Below are positions 47,334 to 57,056 of a DNA stretch of 64,000 bases, in pieces (the stretch's first letter is position 1; every line of letters begins with the position of its first letter). Position numbers and translations under genes: made by a program. Source of the stretch: Acutalibacteraceae bacterium. GTDB taxonomy: Bacteria; Bacillota; Clostridia; Oscillospirales; Acutalibacteraceae. The notes beneath the pieces were generated by a model. That model did no database searches and was not told the origin of the DNA. It saw nothing but the letters and a program-made list of their open reading frames with translations. The stretch spans positions 6,993 to 70,992 of the forward strand of contig JAZNEX010000115.1 in NCBI GenBank assembly GCA_045588855.1, in the 5' to 3' direction.

Positions 47334-48287
47334 ATGTTGTATTACTATCCGTCATATTATAATGATTTTAGCTGTTTAGCTTCCGATTGTCCCGATACAT
47401 GCTGCGCGAAATGGGAAATTAATGTTGATAAATCAACCTCAGATAAATATGAACTTATTAATGATAATTTTTCTTTAACAATCAAGGATAGCATTAAGTT
47501 TAATTCTGACGGTGAGTTATGTTTTGAACTAAAAAACGGAGATTGTCCTTTTCTGAATGATAAAAAACTTTGTGATATTCATATTGCTTACGGTGAAGAT
47601 TTTACACCTAAGGTTTGCAGACAACATCCTCGTTTTATTGAAGAATATGACGGTTTTACTGAAATTGCACTTTCTTTATCTTGTACTGCTGCTAATACTT
47701 TAATAGTTAATAATTTGAATCTTAACGCTTATCCGAAACCAGATTATACGGGCGCAGATGAAATACTTGATAAGCTTATCAGTAGTCGCAGTTATATTCT
47801 TGATTTCAGTTCGGCGGATTTCTTCGGCTTACAGAAAATTATTCTTGATACCGCTGCTGATGATTTATTGGATATTGATCTTGTTTATTTTCAGGAGCAT
47901 ATTGATATAGATTTTAATTTTCTGAAAGATTATCTTTGTATTCTGAAAAATGATTGTGAGATATTGACTGACGAATGGAAGCAATTTATTTACCAAACGC
48001 AAGATTGCAGCATAACAGATAAAGAATTAAATAATTATATTTCTTTGCTAAATGACCGGATTTGTGAAGTTTGTCGTTATTTTGTTTACAGGTATTATCT
48101 CAAAGCGGTTAATGATGTTGATATTTATTCAATTGCTTTGTTTATTTTGTCTTCATGTAAAATATGCGCTTTGATTTCATTAACTTGTGCCGCTTCATTT
48201 GAAGAAATCTGCAGACTCTATTCTAAAGAAATTGAACATTTCCCCGAAAATGTAAATGTTCTGATTGATTATCTCAATGATATTTGA
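47334..48287 (+). CDS. Cys-rich protein resembling the FliB flagellin lysine-N-methylase family
   Basis: N-terminal FSCLASDCPDTCCAKW cysteine cluster typical of that family; ATG at 47334 follows an AGGTG RBS. Assignment is from memory of the family signature only. Confidence 0.5.
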   Translation: MLYYYPSYYNDFSCLASDCPDTCCAKWEINVDKSTSDKYELINDNFSLTIKDSIKFNSDGELCFELKNGDCPFLNDKKLCDIHIAYGEDFTPKVCRQHPRFIEEYDGFTEIALSLSCTAANTLIVNNLNLNAYPKPDYTGADEILDKLISSRSYILDFSSADFFGLQKIILDTAADDLLDIDLVYFQEHIDIDFNFLKDYLCILKNDCEILTDEWKQFIYQTQDCSITDKELNNYISLLNDRICEVCRYFVYRYYLKAVNDVDIYSIALFILSSCKICALISLTCAASFEEICRLYSKEIEHFPENVNVLIDYLNDI

Positions 48288-48301
48288 TCTGAGGTGAATT
48301 T

Positions 48302-49558
48302 ATGAATAACATAATGAAAATAATCGAAGAATTTAAACAGCCTTGTGATTGCGGGAGAGAACATTCTACAACAATAAAGGATGTTTGTATAGGCTCCGGA
48401 ATGATGGATGAGACCGGAGATATTCTTCGCAGAAATGCTTTTCCTGATAATCTTTTATTGGTTGCCGATAAAAATACATTGTCGTCAGCTAATGGTATTG
48501 AAAAAGCTCTTTCAGGTTTTTCTGTTACAAAAAAGATTTATGATAATATTCGTGTAGCAGAAATGTACCATGTTGAAGAAATTGAAAATCTGATCAGGGA
48601 TAAAGATATCGCAGTCTTATCGGTCGGTACGGGTTCAGTAAATGATCCTTGCAGACTAGCCTGTGCCAGACAGAATAAAAAGCTTTGCATTTTTGCTACT
48701 GCTCCTTCTATGGATGGCTTTGCATCCGATTCATCTCCTATAGTAAAGTTCGGATTTAAATCTTCTTATCCCGCAAAAAGCCCTGAGGTTATTATCGGAG
48801 ATACGAAAATTCTTTCAAAAGCACCTGTTCAACTTAAATCTTCAGGATTCGGAGATATGATTGCAAAATACGTCGGTCTCATTGATTGGAAAATCTCCAA
48901 TCTTCTGACAGGTGAATATTATTGTGAAAGAGTTGCCGAATTGACAAAATCCGCCGTAGATTTGCTTATTGAATTGGCGGACTGTGTTACTGTTGATAAT
49001 GAAGAGACCGCAGGTAAGATTTTTGAAAGTCTGCTGATGACAGGTATTGCAATGAGCTTTACAAAAAATTCTAGACCCGCCAGCGGCAGTGAGCATATAG
49101 TTGCACATCTCATAGAATGTCTTCAGCTTCCTGAAGGAATTATTCCTAATTATCATGGTGAGGATGTAGGTGTTTGTACCTTAGAAATGTTAAAGCTTTA
49201 CAATAAGCTTGCTGAACTTGAAACCGTGACCGGCGTTAAAGAATATGTTGATTGGGAAAAAGTTTTTGAAGTTTACGGTGATATGGCAGATGATGTCAGA
49301 AAACTTAATTTCCCTGAAAATATTGTTGATTATGTTCAACCTGAAAAAATAGGGGAGTGCTGGGATGAAATCAGACGAATTATCCGATCTGTCCCTTCTT
49401 ATGAGGATTGTAAGCTTGCTATGCAAAAGGCAGGCTGTAAAATCAGTGTCTCAGATATCGGTAAAGATCAATCCTTTTTTGAATTATGTGTTAAGTATTC
49501 TCCGTATATGAGAAAACGACTGACACTTCTCAGACTCATTGATATGATTAATAAATGA
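48302..49558 (+). CDS. iron-containing alcohol dehydrogenase family protein, sn-glycerol-1-phosphate dehydrogenase (AraM-like)
   Basis: Dehydroquinate-synthase-like / Fe-ADH fold blocks (GTGSVND, SGSEH); size and layout resemble B. subtilis AraM. Confidence 0.7.
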   Translation: MNNIMKIIEEFKQPCDCGREHSTTIKDVCIGSGMMDETGDILRRNAFPDNLLLVADKNTLSSANGIEKALSGFSVTKKIYDNIRVAEMYHVEEIENLIRDKDIAVLSVGTGSVNDPCRLACARQNKKLCIFATAPSMDGFASDSSPIVKFGFKSSYPAKSPEVIIGDTKILSKAPVQLKSSGFGDMIAKYVGLIDWKISNLLTGEYYCERVAELTKSAVDLLIELADCVTVDNEETAGKIFESLLMTGIAMSFTKNSRPASGSEHIVAHLIECLQLPEGIIPNYHGEDVGVCTLEMLKLYNKLAELETVTGVKEYVDWEKVFEVYGDMADDVRKLNFPENIVDYVQPEKIGECWDEIRRIIRSVPSYEDCKLAMQKAGCKISVSDIGKDQSFFELCVKYSPYMRKRLTLLRLIDMINK

Positions 49559-49568
49559 AATAAAAAAG

Positions 49569-49596
49569 CGGCATAGGACTTTTCCTCTGCCGTTTT
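49569..49596. terminator. bidirectional intrinsic terminator
   Basis: CGGCATAGGA / TCCTCTGCCG stem flanked by an A-run and a T-run, between convergent genes. Confidence 0.65.
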
Positions 49597-49620
49597 CTTA
49601 TTACGAAATGATATAAATAA

Positions 49621-50394
49621 TTATTTATCAAGAGTCTGCATAAATTCCCATGAAAGCTTGGTTGCTTTCTTGGCATCGTTGTCAATCCAATCGATATCTT
49701 GTTCGTACATAATATAGGGGATGTTGAGCTCTTTGCAAGCATTATAGCAAGCCTTGAGGTCAACTCTGCCTTCACCTAATGTACAGAATTTTCTTTCTCC
49801 GTCAACTATATTGTAGTCCTTGAAATGACAAACCTTAACTCTGCCTTTTAATTTATTCAGATATTCCACAGGATCTGCACCTGCATAATGAATCCATGCA
49901 ACATCAGGAATAAAGTGAAAAGCCTCAGGATCTGTATTATCAATCAGATAATCAATCATTGTTTCACCGTTGTCCATTTTCAGAAACTCAAAATCATGAT
50001 TGTGATAGTTGAATGTCATTCCGTTTGCTTTCAGTGCAGGCAAAAATGTATTGATTTTAGAAATAAAAGCATCAACAGCTTCTTTGGTGCCTCTTGATTC
50101 TTCAGGAGCAGCGCCGAGACCTAATGCATAACAATCAATTATTTTATGCTCATTTATAAGATTTTCAGTGTCATTGACGTATCTTTCAAGAGGCTTATGT
50201 GTAACACAAACTTTCATATTATGTTTGTCAAGGATTTTTTTCTGAATATCAGGCTCGATGGGACCGATAGCTGATATCTGTACATCAGAAACTCCGATAT
50301 CTGATAAATATGACAGAATATCATCAAAATCTTCTGCATTCTGACAAAAATCTCTTAAAGTATATAATTGTATTCCGAGAACAGGCTTATTCAT
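49621..50394 (-). CDS. xylose-isomerase-like TIM-barrel protein (sugar phosphate isomerase/epimerase family)
   Basis: Family-typical N-terminus LGIQLYTLRD and HFKD / EQD blocks. Confidence 0.75.
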   Translation of the reverse strand: MNKPVLGIQLYTLRDFCQNAEDFDDILSYLSDIGVSDVQISAIGPIEPDIQKKILDKHNMKVCVTHKPLERYVNDTENLINEHKIIDCYALGLGAAPEESRGTKEAVDAFISKINTFLPALKANGMTFNYHNHDFEFLKMDNGETMIDYLIDNTDPEAFHFIPDVAWIHYAGADPVEYLNKLKGRVKVCHFKDYNIVDGERKFCTLGEGRVDLKACYNACKELNIPYIMYEQDIDWIDNDAKKATKLSWEFMQTLDK

Positions 50395-50539
50395 ATAATC
50401 AATCCTTTCTTTTCTTTGTTTTATAATAAATCATCCCTATAATTTTATCAATACAATAAACACTAGAAATTTATTTCTGTTGAATTCAACAATTAATTAA
50501 AAATAAATTGTATTATTTGCTGAAAATGATTAACATGTT

Positions 50540-50568
50540 TGACTTTAGTTAGCAATAGTAGTAAAATT
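50540..50568 (+). promoter_or_regulatory. sigma-A type promoter
   Basis: TTGACT, 17-nt spacer, TAAAAT; lies 30 nt before the RBS of the 50598 CDS. Confidence 0.45.
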
Positions 50569-50597
50569 ATTGTGAAAAAATTTAGGAGGAATGTAAA

Positions 50598-51779
50598 ATG
50601 AAAAAAATTCTTTCAATTGTTCTTTCTGTTGTAATGATTTTTGCTTCAGCAACAGTTTCATTTGCTTCGGTTTCCGGCGATAATGATGTACTCAGATTTG
50701 ATGAAAACGGAGAATTTAGAATTTTTAATATCTGTGATATTCAGGATAATTATCCTCTTCATAAGACTGCAAAACAGTTTATTACAGATATGATTGAAAT
50801 TTATGATCCTGATATTGTCATTCTCGGCGGTGATAACACTGTCGCTTCAGCTGAAACAAAAGCTGCAGCTATAGAAGAGCTTTGTAACATTTTTATCGAA
50901 ACGGACACATATTTTACTTTGGTTTTCGGTAATCACGATGATGAACAGGGTGTTTCACGAGAGGAGCTTCTTGCTCTTTATCAGCAGTATGGCGGAGAAT
51001 ATTGTCTTGCTTATGATGCTGATCCTGAGCTTACAGGTGTCGGCACTCATAATCTTACTGTTAAAAGCTCAGACGGAAACAGCATAGCTTATAATCTTTA
51101 TATGTTTGATTCCAATTCTTATACATATGATGAAGACGGAAATCGTCTTGGTTATGATGCTGTTCATGAAGACCAGATTGAATGGTATAAAAATACTTCG
51201 GCAGCAGTTAAGGATGCGAATAATGGTAATACTGTTCATGCAATGGCTTTCCAGCATATTGTTGTTCAGGAAGCTTTTGAAGAGCTCTTTATAGAAAGCC
51301 CTGTTAATCTCGGACCTCTTACACTTAATTTCGATCAGAAGAGTTACACATATCTTCCTTTTGTACGTGATATTAAAGACGGATTTGTTCTTGAAGCTCC
51401 CTGTCCCGGTTATTATAACTATGGTCAGCTTGATGCTTTTGCTGAAACGGGTGATGTTGTTGCTGTATTTTCAGGCCATGACCATCCTAATACCTATACA
51501 GTAAACAAGAAGGGTGTTGACATTGTCAACACTCCCGGTGCCAGCTTTGAATCTTACGGTGATAATTCTGTTCGCGGTCTTCGTCTTATTACTATAAATG
51601 AAAGCAATACTGTTGATTACACTACAGAAGTTCTTACTGTTTCAGATTATATTCTTAATGGTGGTGAGCATCTTCTTGAATTCGGTGAAATCACTATGGC
51701 AGATGCTGTTATGGGCAAAATTCAGAAGATACTTATGAGTCTTTATGTTAATCTCATACATCTTTTGTTTACTTTCTGA
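50598..51779 (+). CDS. secreted metallophosphoesterase (calcineurin-like)
   Basis: Signal peptide; GGDN, GNHD and GHDH motifs; hydrophobic C-terminus. Confidence 0.8.
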   Translation: MKKILSIVLSVVMIFASATVSFASVSGDNDVLRFDENGEFRIFNICDIQDNYPLHKTAKQFITDMIEIYDPDIVILGGDNTVASAETKAAAIEELCNIFIETDTYFTLVFGNHDDEQGVSREELLALYQQYGGEYCLAYDADPELTGVGTHNLTVKSSDGNSIAYNLYMFDSNSYTYDEDGNRLGYDAVHEDQIEWYKNTSAAVKDANNGNTVHAMAFQHIVVQEAFEELFIESPVNLGPLTLNFDQKSYTYLPFVRDIKDGFVLEAPCPGYYNYGQLDAFAETGDVVAVFSGHDHPNTYTVNKKGVDIVNTPGASFESYGDNSVRGLRLITINESNTVDYTTEVLTVSDYILNGGEHLLEFGEITMADAVMGKIQKILMSLYVNLIHLLFTF

Positions 51780-51888
51780 TTAGTTTTATGAATTAATTAT
51801 TAATTTACAGTAAATATATTTGATTTTTATTTACTTATTATTCAGTCCAAGGTATAATTTATATAATATTTTTAGGGGGTAATACTCA

Positions 51889-53418
51889 ATGAAAACTGTA
51901 TTCCTTACCGGTGGTACCGGTAATATGGGTTGGGCTGCTTTTCAGGAGCTCTACAAACTTGGTGATGTAAAAATCAATTTCCTTGCTCGTCCCAGCGATA
52001 AGAATAAAGAACTTCTTCTTCCTTATATGGGCAAAAAGAATGTTGAAATTATCTGGGGTGACTTCCTTGATTACGATTCAATCCTTAAGGGTATAACCGG
52101 TGCAGACTATGTTCTTCATATCGGTGGTATGGTTTCTCCTGCAGCTGACTATAAACCTTACACAACAAGAAAGGTTAATGTCGGTGCTGCTGAAAATATC
52201 TGTAAGGCAGTTCTTGCTCAGCCTAATGCTGATGATATCAAAGTATGTTACATAGGTTCTGTTGCTGAAACAGGTGACAGAAATATTCCCATACATTGGG
52301 GCAGATGTGGTGACCCTATCAAGGTTTCTGTATATGACCATTATGCTATTTCTAAGGTTATGGCTGAAAGAGTATTTGTTGAAAGCGGTATCAAGCATTG
52401 GGTTGTTATGCGTCAGTCAGGTATTCTTTATCCTGCAATTCTCCATAATATGGAACCCATTATGTATCATGTTCCTCTTAACGGTATGCTTGAATGGTGT
52501 ACTGTTGAAGACTCCGGTCGTCTTATGAGAAACTTTGTTACCGAAGATCTCCCCGAAGAATTCTTCAGAAGATTCTATAACATTGGTTCAGGTAAAGAAT
52601 ACAGACTTACAAACTTTGAATTTGAAGAGCTTCTTCTCGGTTGTATCGGTCTCGGTTCTCCCAAGACTCTCTTTGATCCCAATTGGTTTACTACAAAGAA
52701 CTTCCATGGTCAGTATTATGCTGACGGTGATATTCTTGAAGATTATCTCCATTTCCGTGCTAATATGCCTGTTAAGGATTATTTTGATCATATGGCAAAT
52801 CAGGTTGAATTCTATTTCAGAATTCCCAAGTATATCCCCACAAAGAAGCTCATCGGTGCATGTGCAAAACCCTTTATGAAGAAGATTGCTATGACTGAAA
52901 GATGGGGTACTCTTGATTGGATCAAGACTAAGGATCCTGTCAGACTTTCCGCTTATTACGGCTCATATGAGGATTATCTTAAGATTCCCAATACTTGGGA
53001 TAACTTCAAGCTTGAAAGCCCTGATAAGAGAAACGAAGCTGCTGAGAAGTATCTGCTTGATCATGGTTATGATGAAAGCAAGCCCAAGAGCGAACTTGAT
53101 ATCGAAGATATGAAGAAAGCTGCTGAATTCAGAGGCGGTGAGCTTGTAAGCAAGAAGATGAAGAAAGGTGACCTTGTTACTAAGCTTAAGTGGAAGTGCG
53201 GTTGCTGTGGTGCTGAATTTGAAGCAAGCCCCAATCTTATTCTTCTTGGTGGCCATTGGTGTCCTGAATGTTATATTCCTGAAAAGAAGTGGAATTATGA
53301 TGAAATTGCAAAGTCAAACCCCTTCTTTGCTCAGGTTTGGTACACCAACCACACAAAGGATGAACATAATGTTTATGAATTTGATGAGATCTTTGACGGT
53401 TGGGAAAAGAAAAAATAA
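51889..53418 (+). CDS. extended-SDR / NAD-dependent epimerase-dehydratase-like protein with a C-terminal zinc-ribbon region
   Basis: GGTGNMG Rossmann motif, YAISK (YxxxK), C-terminal CGCCG...CPEC. Confidence 0.65.
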   Translation: MKTVFLTGGTGNMGWAAFQELYKLGDVKINFLARPSDKNKELLLPYMGKKNVEIIWGDFLDYDSILKGITGADYVLHIGGMVSPAADYKPYTTRKVNVGAAENICKAVLAQPNADDIKVCYIGSVAETGDRNIPIHWGRCGDPIKVSVYDHYAISKVMAERVFVESGIKHWVVMRQSGILYPAILHNMEPIMYHVPLNGMLEWCTVEDSGRLMRNFVTEDLPEEFFRRFYNIGSGKEYRLTNFEFEELLLGCIGLGSPKTLFDPNWFTTKNFHGQYYADGDILEDYLHFRANMPVKDYFDHMANQVEFYFRIPKYIPTKKLIGACAKPFMKKIAMTERWGTLDWIKTKDPVRLSAYYGSYEDYLKIPNTWDNFKLESPDKRNEAAEKYLLDHGYDESKPKSELDIEDMKKAAEFRGGELVSKKMKKGDLVTKLKWKCGCCGAEFEASPNLILLGGHWCPECYIPEKKWNYDEIAKSNPFFAQVWYTNHTKDEHNVYEFDEIFDGWEKKK

Positions 53419-53439
53419 AATAATATTCTGATGTTTTTT

Positions 53440-53467
53440 AGCCGTCGGTAACCCCGGCGGCTTTTTT
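53440..53467 (+). terminator. intrinsic terminator
   Basis: GCCGTCGG / CCGGCGGC stem followed by T6. Confidence 0.8.
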
Positions 53468-53542
53468 GGTTTCAGTCTATTGATATTTCTGATTTTTGTT
53501 AAATGTTATCTTATAAATCGGGTTAAACACAGGTGAAATATT

Positions 53543-54190
53543 ATGAAATATAAATTGGTAATTTTTGATCTTGACGGAACTATTCTTGATACTCTTGATG
53601 ACCTGGCAGATGCTGTTAATCAAGCCCTTGAATCTAATAATCTTCCTCAAAGAACCATTGATCAGATCAGATCTTTTGTTGGTAACGGAATTAAAAAATT
53701 AATAGATCGATCTGTACCCGATGGTTGTTCGGATGAAACCATTGAAAGAGTATTTGAGTGCTTCAAAGAATATTATTCTTTGCATAACTGTGACAAAACT
53801 CATCCTTATGACGGAATCATTGATTTGTTAATTAAAATACGAAATCATGGAATTAAAACTGCCGTTGTTTCAAACAAAACTGATAATGCAGTTCAAGTTC
53901 TTGTTGAAAAATTTTTTTACGGACTGTTTGATTATGCATTTGGTGAGAGGGATGGAGTTGCAAAGAAGCCATCTCCGGATTCGGTTTTGGAAGTTCTTAA
54001 ATATGCCGAAACAGATAAATGCGACGCAGTTTACATTGGTGACTCTGAAGTTGATATTCAGACATCAGCTAATTGCGGAATTAAAAGTATAATAGTAGAT
54101 TGGGGCTTTCGTGATAAAGATTTTCTGTTAAAAAACGGTGCTGATATAATTGTCTCTACCGTTGAAGAACTTGAAAATATTATTTATTAA
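53543..54190 (+). CDS. HAD-family hydrolase (phosphoglycolate-phosphatase-like)
   Basis: VIFDLDGTILDT motif I, VSNK motif II, GDSEVD motif IV. Confidence 0.8.
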   Translation: MKYKLVIFDLDGTILDTLDDLADAVNQALESNNLPQRTIDQIRSFVGNGIKKLIDRSVPDGCSDETIERVFECFKEYYSLHNCDKTHPYDGIIDLLIKIRNHGIKTAVVSNKTDNAVQVLVEKFFYGLFDYAFGERDGVAKKPSPDSVLEVLKYAETDKCDAVYIGDSEVDIQTSANCGIKSIIVDWGFRDKDFLLKNGADIIVSTVEELENIIY

Positions 54191-54217
54191 AATTGCAGAT
54201 TAAATTGTTTAAAACTG

Positions 54218-54246
54218 TTGATTTATAGTGATTTTTGTTGTAAAAT
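54218..54246 (+). promoter_or_regulatory. sigma-A type promoter for the O-acylation module
   Basis: TTGATT, 17-nt spacer, TAAAAT. Confidence 0.45.
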
Positions 54247-54279
54247 CTAGCTTGATTTTTTTTTGATTTCGGAGTATTT

Positions 54280-55104
54280 ATGAAAAGATTAGTATTACAG
54301 ATATCTGTTATTTGTTTGCTGATATTTGGTGTGTTTTTTAATTTATTTATTGCTTCATCTTATAAAACGGATGAAGCTGTCGTAGTTTATTCTGATAATG
54401 ATATTGATATTGAATTATTAGATAATTATGAAAAATCCGATTTAACGGTTATAGAAAAAGAAATTAAAGAGCTCACTGAAATTAAAAGAGCTGAGGAAGC
54501 AGCAATCCGAAGAGAAGAAGAGCGTGTCGAAAGCTATGATAGTCTTCAGCAACAGCTTAAAAACGGTAAAGTTACTCTCCGTCAATTGTTTTCGTCAACA
54601 TTCTTTGCGGGTGACTCTCTGATGCACGGACTTAATTCTTATTCTATACTTGACAGTTCTAATATGTCTACGATGATTAATGCAAGTCTTTATCATCTCC
54701 AGGACAGTATTCCGCGAATAATTTCTAATAATCCTGGTAATCTTGTGCTCCATTATGGAATTAATATGTTGGTTAATACTGATTCGGCAAGGCAATCCTT
54801 TATTGAATTATATGAAGCACTGATTACAAAATTAAAAAATGATTTGCCTGATACGAAAATTTATATCAGTGGTATTTTTAATGTTGCCTCGTCAGTTCAG
54901 AGACAGTATCCCGGAATTGAGTCCTATAATTTCGCTTTGAGTGAAATGTGTGATCGATTAGGTGTTATTTATATTGATAATAATCCCATCCTGCCCGGCG
55001 ATGAATCCTATTATGGAGGAGATGGAATTCATCTTTCAAAAGATTTTTATTCCGATGTATGGCTGCCGCATCTTTATTTTGAAATGAATATGACTGATAA
55101 TTAA
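54280..55104 (+). CDS. membrane-anchored SGNH/GDSL-family hydrolase
   Basis: N-terminal TM segment; block I FAGDSLMHG, block III GIN, block V DGIHLS. Confidence 0.75.
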   Translation: MKRLVLQISVICLLIFGVFFNLFIASSYKTDEAVVVYSDNDIDIELLDNYEKSDLTVIEKEIKELTEIKRAEEAAIRREEERVESYDSLQQQLKNGKVTLRQLFSSTFFAGDSLMHGLNSYSILDSSNMSTMINASLYHLQDSIPRIISNNPGNLVLHYGINMLVNTDSARQSFIELYEALITKLKNDLPDTKIYISGIFNVASSVQRQYPGIESYNFALSEMCDRLGVIYIDNNPILPGDESYYGGDGIHLSKDFYSDVWLPHLYFEMNMTDN

Positions 55105-55132
55105 TAGTAATAATAATCATTTGGAGTTTTTT

Positions 55133-55603
55133 ATGAAAAAATATTTTATTGTTGAAATTCTGTGTGTTTTGCTGGCAGTTTCTTATATTGTATATTCAGT
55201 CAGCACAACATCAGTTACTACAATTAAATCTGCCGAAGAAATCAGTTCGTTATTAGTTACTGATATGTCAACAGATGATATTTGCGAACGTAATATAAAT
55301 TTTATCACTGAGAAATATGGTGTGTCTTCATCAATGTTTTCTTCAGTAGTGTGTTTTTCTTCAGATGATGTTATGAATGTAAATGAGCTTTTTATCGGTG
55401 TGCTTACTGATGAAAGTAATGATGAGATTATTAGGTCTTTTGAAGATTATGCCGAAGATCGTTTTAATCTTTATAACGGATATGCTCCTGAACAAGCGGC
55501 GTTGATTGATAATTATGTTCTTGATGTTTCATCCGGTGCGTTAATTTTCTGTATTGATGACAATGCCGAAGCAATTTATTCAAAGTTGCTTAAGATTTTA
55601 TAA
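55133..55603 (+). CDS. small membrane-anchored protein, unknown function (possibly DUF4358-like)
   Basis: N-terminal TM/signal anchor; ATG at 55133 follows a TGGAG RBS. The domain guess comes from context and memory, not verified. Confidence 0.45.
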   Translation: MKKYFIVEILCVLLAVSYIVYSVSTTSVTTIKSAEEISSLLVTDMSTDDICERNINFITEKYGVSSSMFSSVVCFSSDDVMNVNELFIGVLTDESNDEIIRSFEDYAEDRFNLYNGYAPEQAALIDNYVLDVSSGALIFCIDDNAEAIYSKLLKIL

Positions 55604-55619
55604 GAGGAGTTCTTAATCA

Positions 55620-57044
55620 GTGGTTTTCAGTAGTGTTACTTTTCTGACAATATTTTTGCCTTTGGTGGCAGGCTTGTATTACTTACCGTCTTTATTTCTG
55701 AAAAATAGCAAAAAATTGTTAACTATTTTTAAAAATTCGATTCTTTGTGTTTCAAGTTTGGTTTTTTACGCGTGGGGTGAACCGAAAAATATTATTCTTA
55801 TGCTTCTGAGCATTGTGTTTAACTATGTTATAGCTTTGCATATGGAAAAAACTGAAAATAGCAGAAGCAGAAAGTGTTTAATGATTTTTGCTGTTATATT
55901 TAATATCGGTTTATTGTTTTTCTTTAAATACAGCGGATTTGTAGCTGATAATATTTTAATGATTCCCGGTATTGATTTCAGTTATGTTGATCCTGCTTTG
56001 CCTGTCGGTATTTCATTTTATACTTTCCAGATTTTGTCATATGTTATTGATGTATATCGCCAAAAAGTTTGTGTGCAAAGAAATATTCTGAATTTTGCTT
56101 TATATATTTCGATGTTTCCTCAATTGATTGCCGGTCCTATTGTTCAATATTCTGATATTGATTCTCAGTTATCTGAACGTAATGAGACTTTATCTGCTGT
56201 GACGGAAGGTATTTTTATTTTTGTTATCGGTCTTGCTAAAAAATCTGTTCTTGCTAATGCTGCAGGTTCAGTTTTTGAATCACTTATCGGGGCTGGATTT
56301 GACAATTTATCTATGCTCGGTGCGTGGATTGCTATAATCTTTTACGCTTTTCAGATATATTTTGATTTCAGCGGATATTCTGATATGGCAAAAGGTCTCG
56401 GTGGTATTTTCGGTTTTTCTTTCCCTGATAATTTTATGCATCCCTATGTTGCTACAAGTATAACTGATTTCTGGAGAAGGTGGCATATTACCCTCAGTTC
56501 ATGGTTCCGTGATTATGTATACATACCTTTGGGTGGCAATCGTTGCTCTACAAAAAGACACATTTTTAATTTGCTTATTGTTTGGTCTCTTACCGGCTTA
56601 TGGCATGGTGCATCTTGGAATTTTGTACTTTGGGGGATTTACTATTTTATTCTGCTGGTTCTTGAAAAATATGTATTTGGTAAAATAATTGAAAAGATTC
56701 CGTTGTTCTTACGTCGAATTATAACATTTGTTTTTGTTTTATTCGGTTGGGTGCTTTTTGCAAGCACTGATTTTACTATGATAATTTCTTTCTTTTCTTC
56801 GTTGTTTGGCTTTAATGGCATTATTGATAACAATTCTGTTTTTATTTTCTGGTCTAATGCTTTGCTTTTGATTATTATGGGTGTTTGTTCTACGGAGTTA
56901 TTTAATCTTTCTGAATTCAGATTATTAAAGAAGAATGAAGTCAGGATTATTAGCAGATTTGTTTTGTCTGTTTTGCTTTTTACAGTAAGTCTTATTTGTC
57001 TTATAGGAGATACTTATAATCCTTTCCTTTATTTCCGATTCTGA
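55620..57044 (+). CDS. MBOAT-family O-acyltransferase (AlgI/DltB-like)
   Basis: RRWHITLSSWFRDYVYIPLGG and WHGASWNF motifs including the conserved His; GTG start after a GAGGAG RBS. Confidence 0.9.
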   Translation: MVFSSVTFLTIFLPLVAGLYYLPSLFLKNSKKLLTIFKNSILCVSSLVFYAWGEPKNIILMLLSIVFNYVIALHMEKTENSRSRKCLMIFAVIFNIGLLFFFKYSGFVADNILMIPGIDFSYVDPALPVGISFYTFQILSYVIDVYRQKVCVQRNILNFALYISMFPQLIAGPIVQYSDIDSQLSERNETLSAVTEGIFIFVIGLAKKSVLANAAGSVFESLIGAGFDNLSMLGAWIAIIFYAFQIYFDFSGYSDMAKGLGGIFGFSFPDNFMHPYVATSITDFWRRWHITLSSWFRDYVYIPLGGNRCSTKRHIFNLLIVWSLTGLWHGASWNFVLWGIYYFILLVLEKYVFGKIIEKIPLFLRRIITFVFVLFGWVLFASTDFTMIISFFSSLFGFNGIIDNNSVFIFWSNALLLIIMGVCSTELFNLSEFRLLKKNEVRIISRFVLSVLLFTVSLICLIGDTYNPFLYFRF

Positions 57045-57056
57045 TACAGGTGTTTT

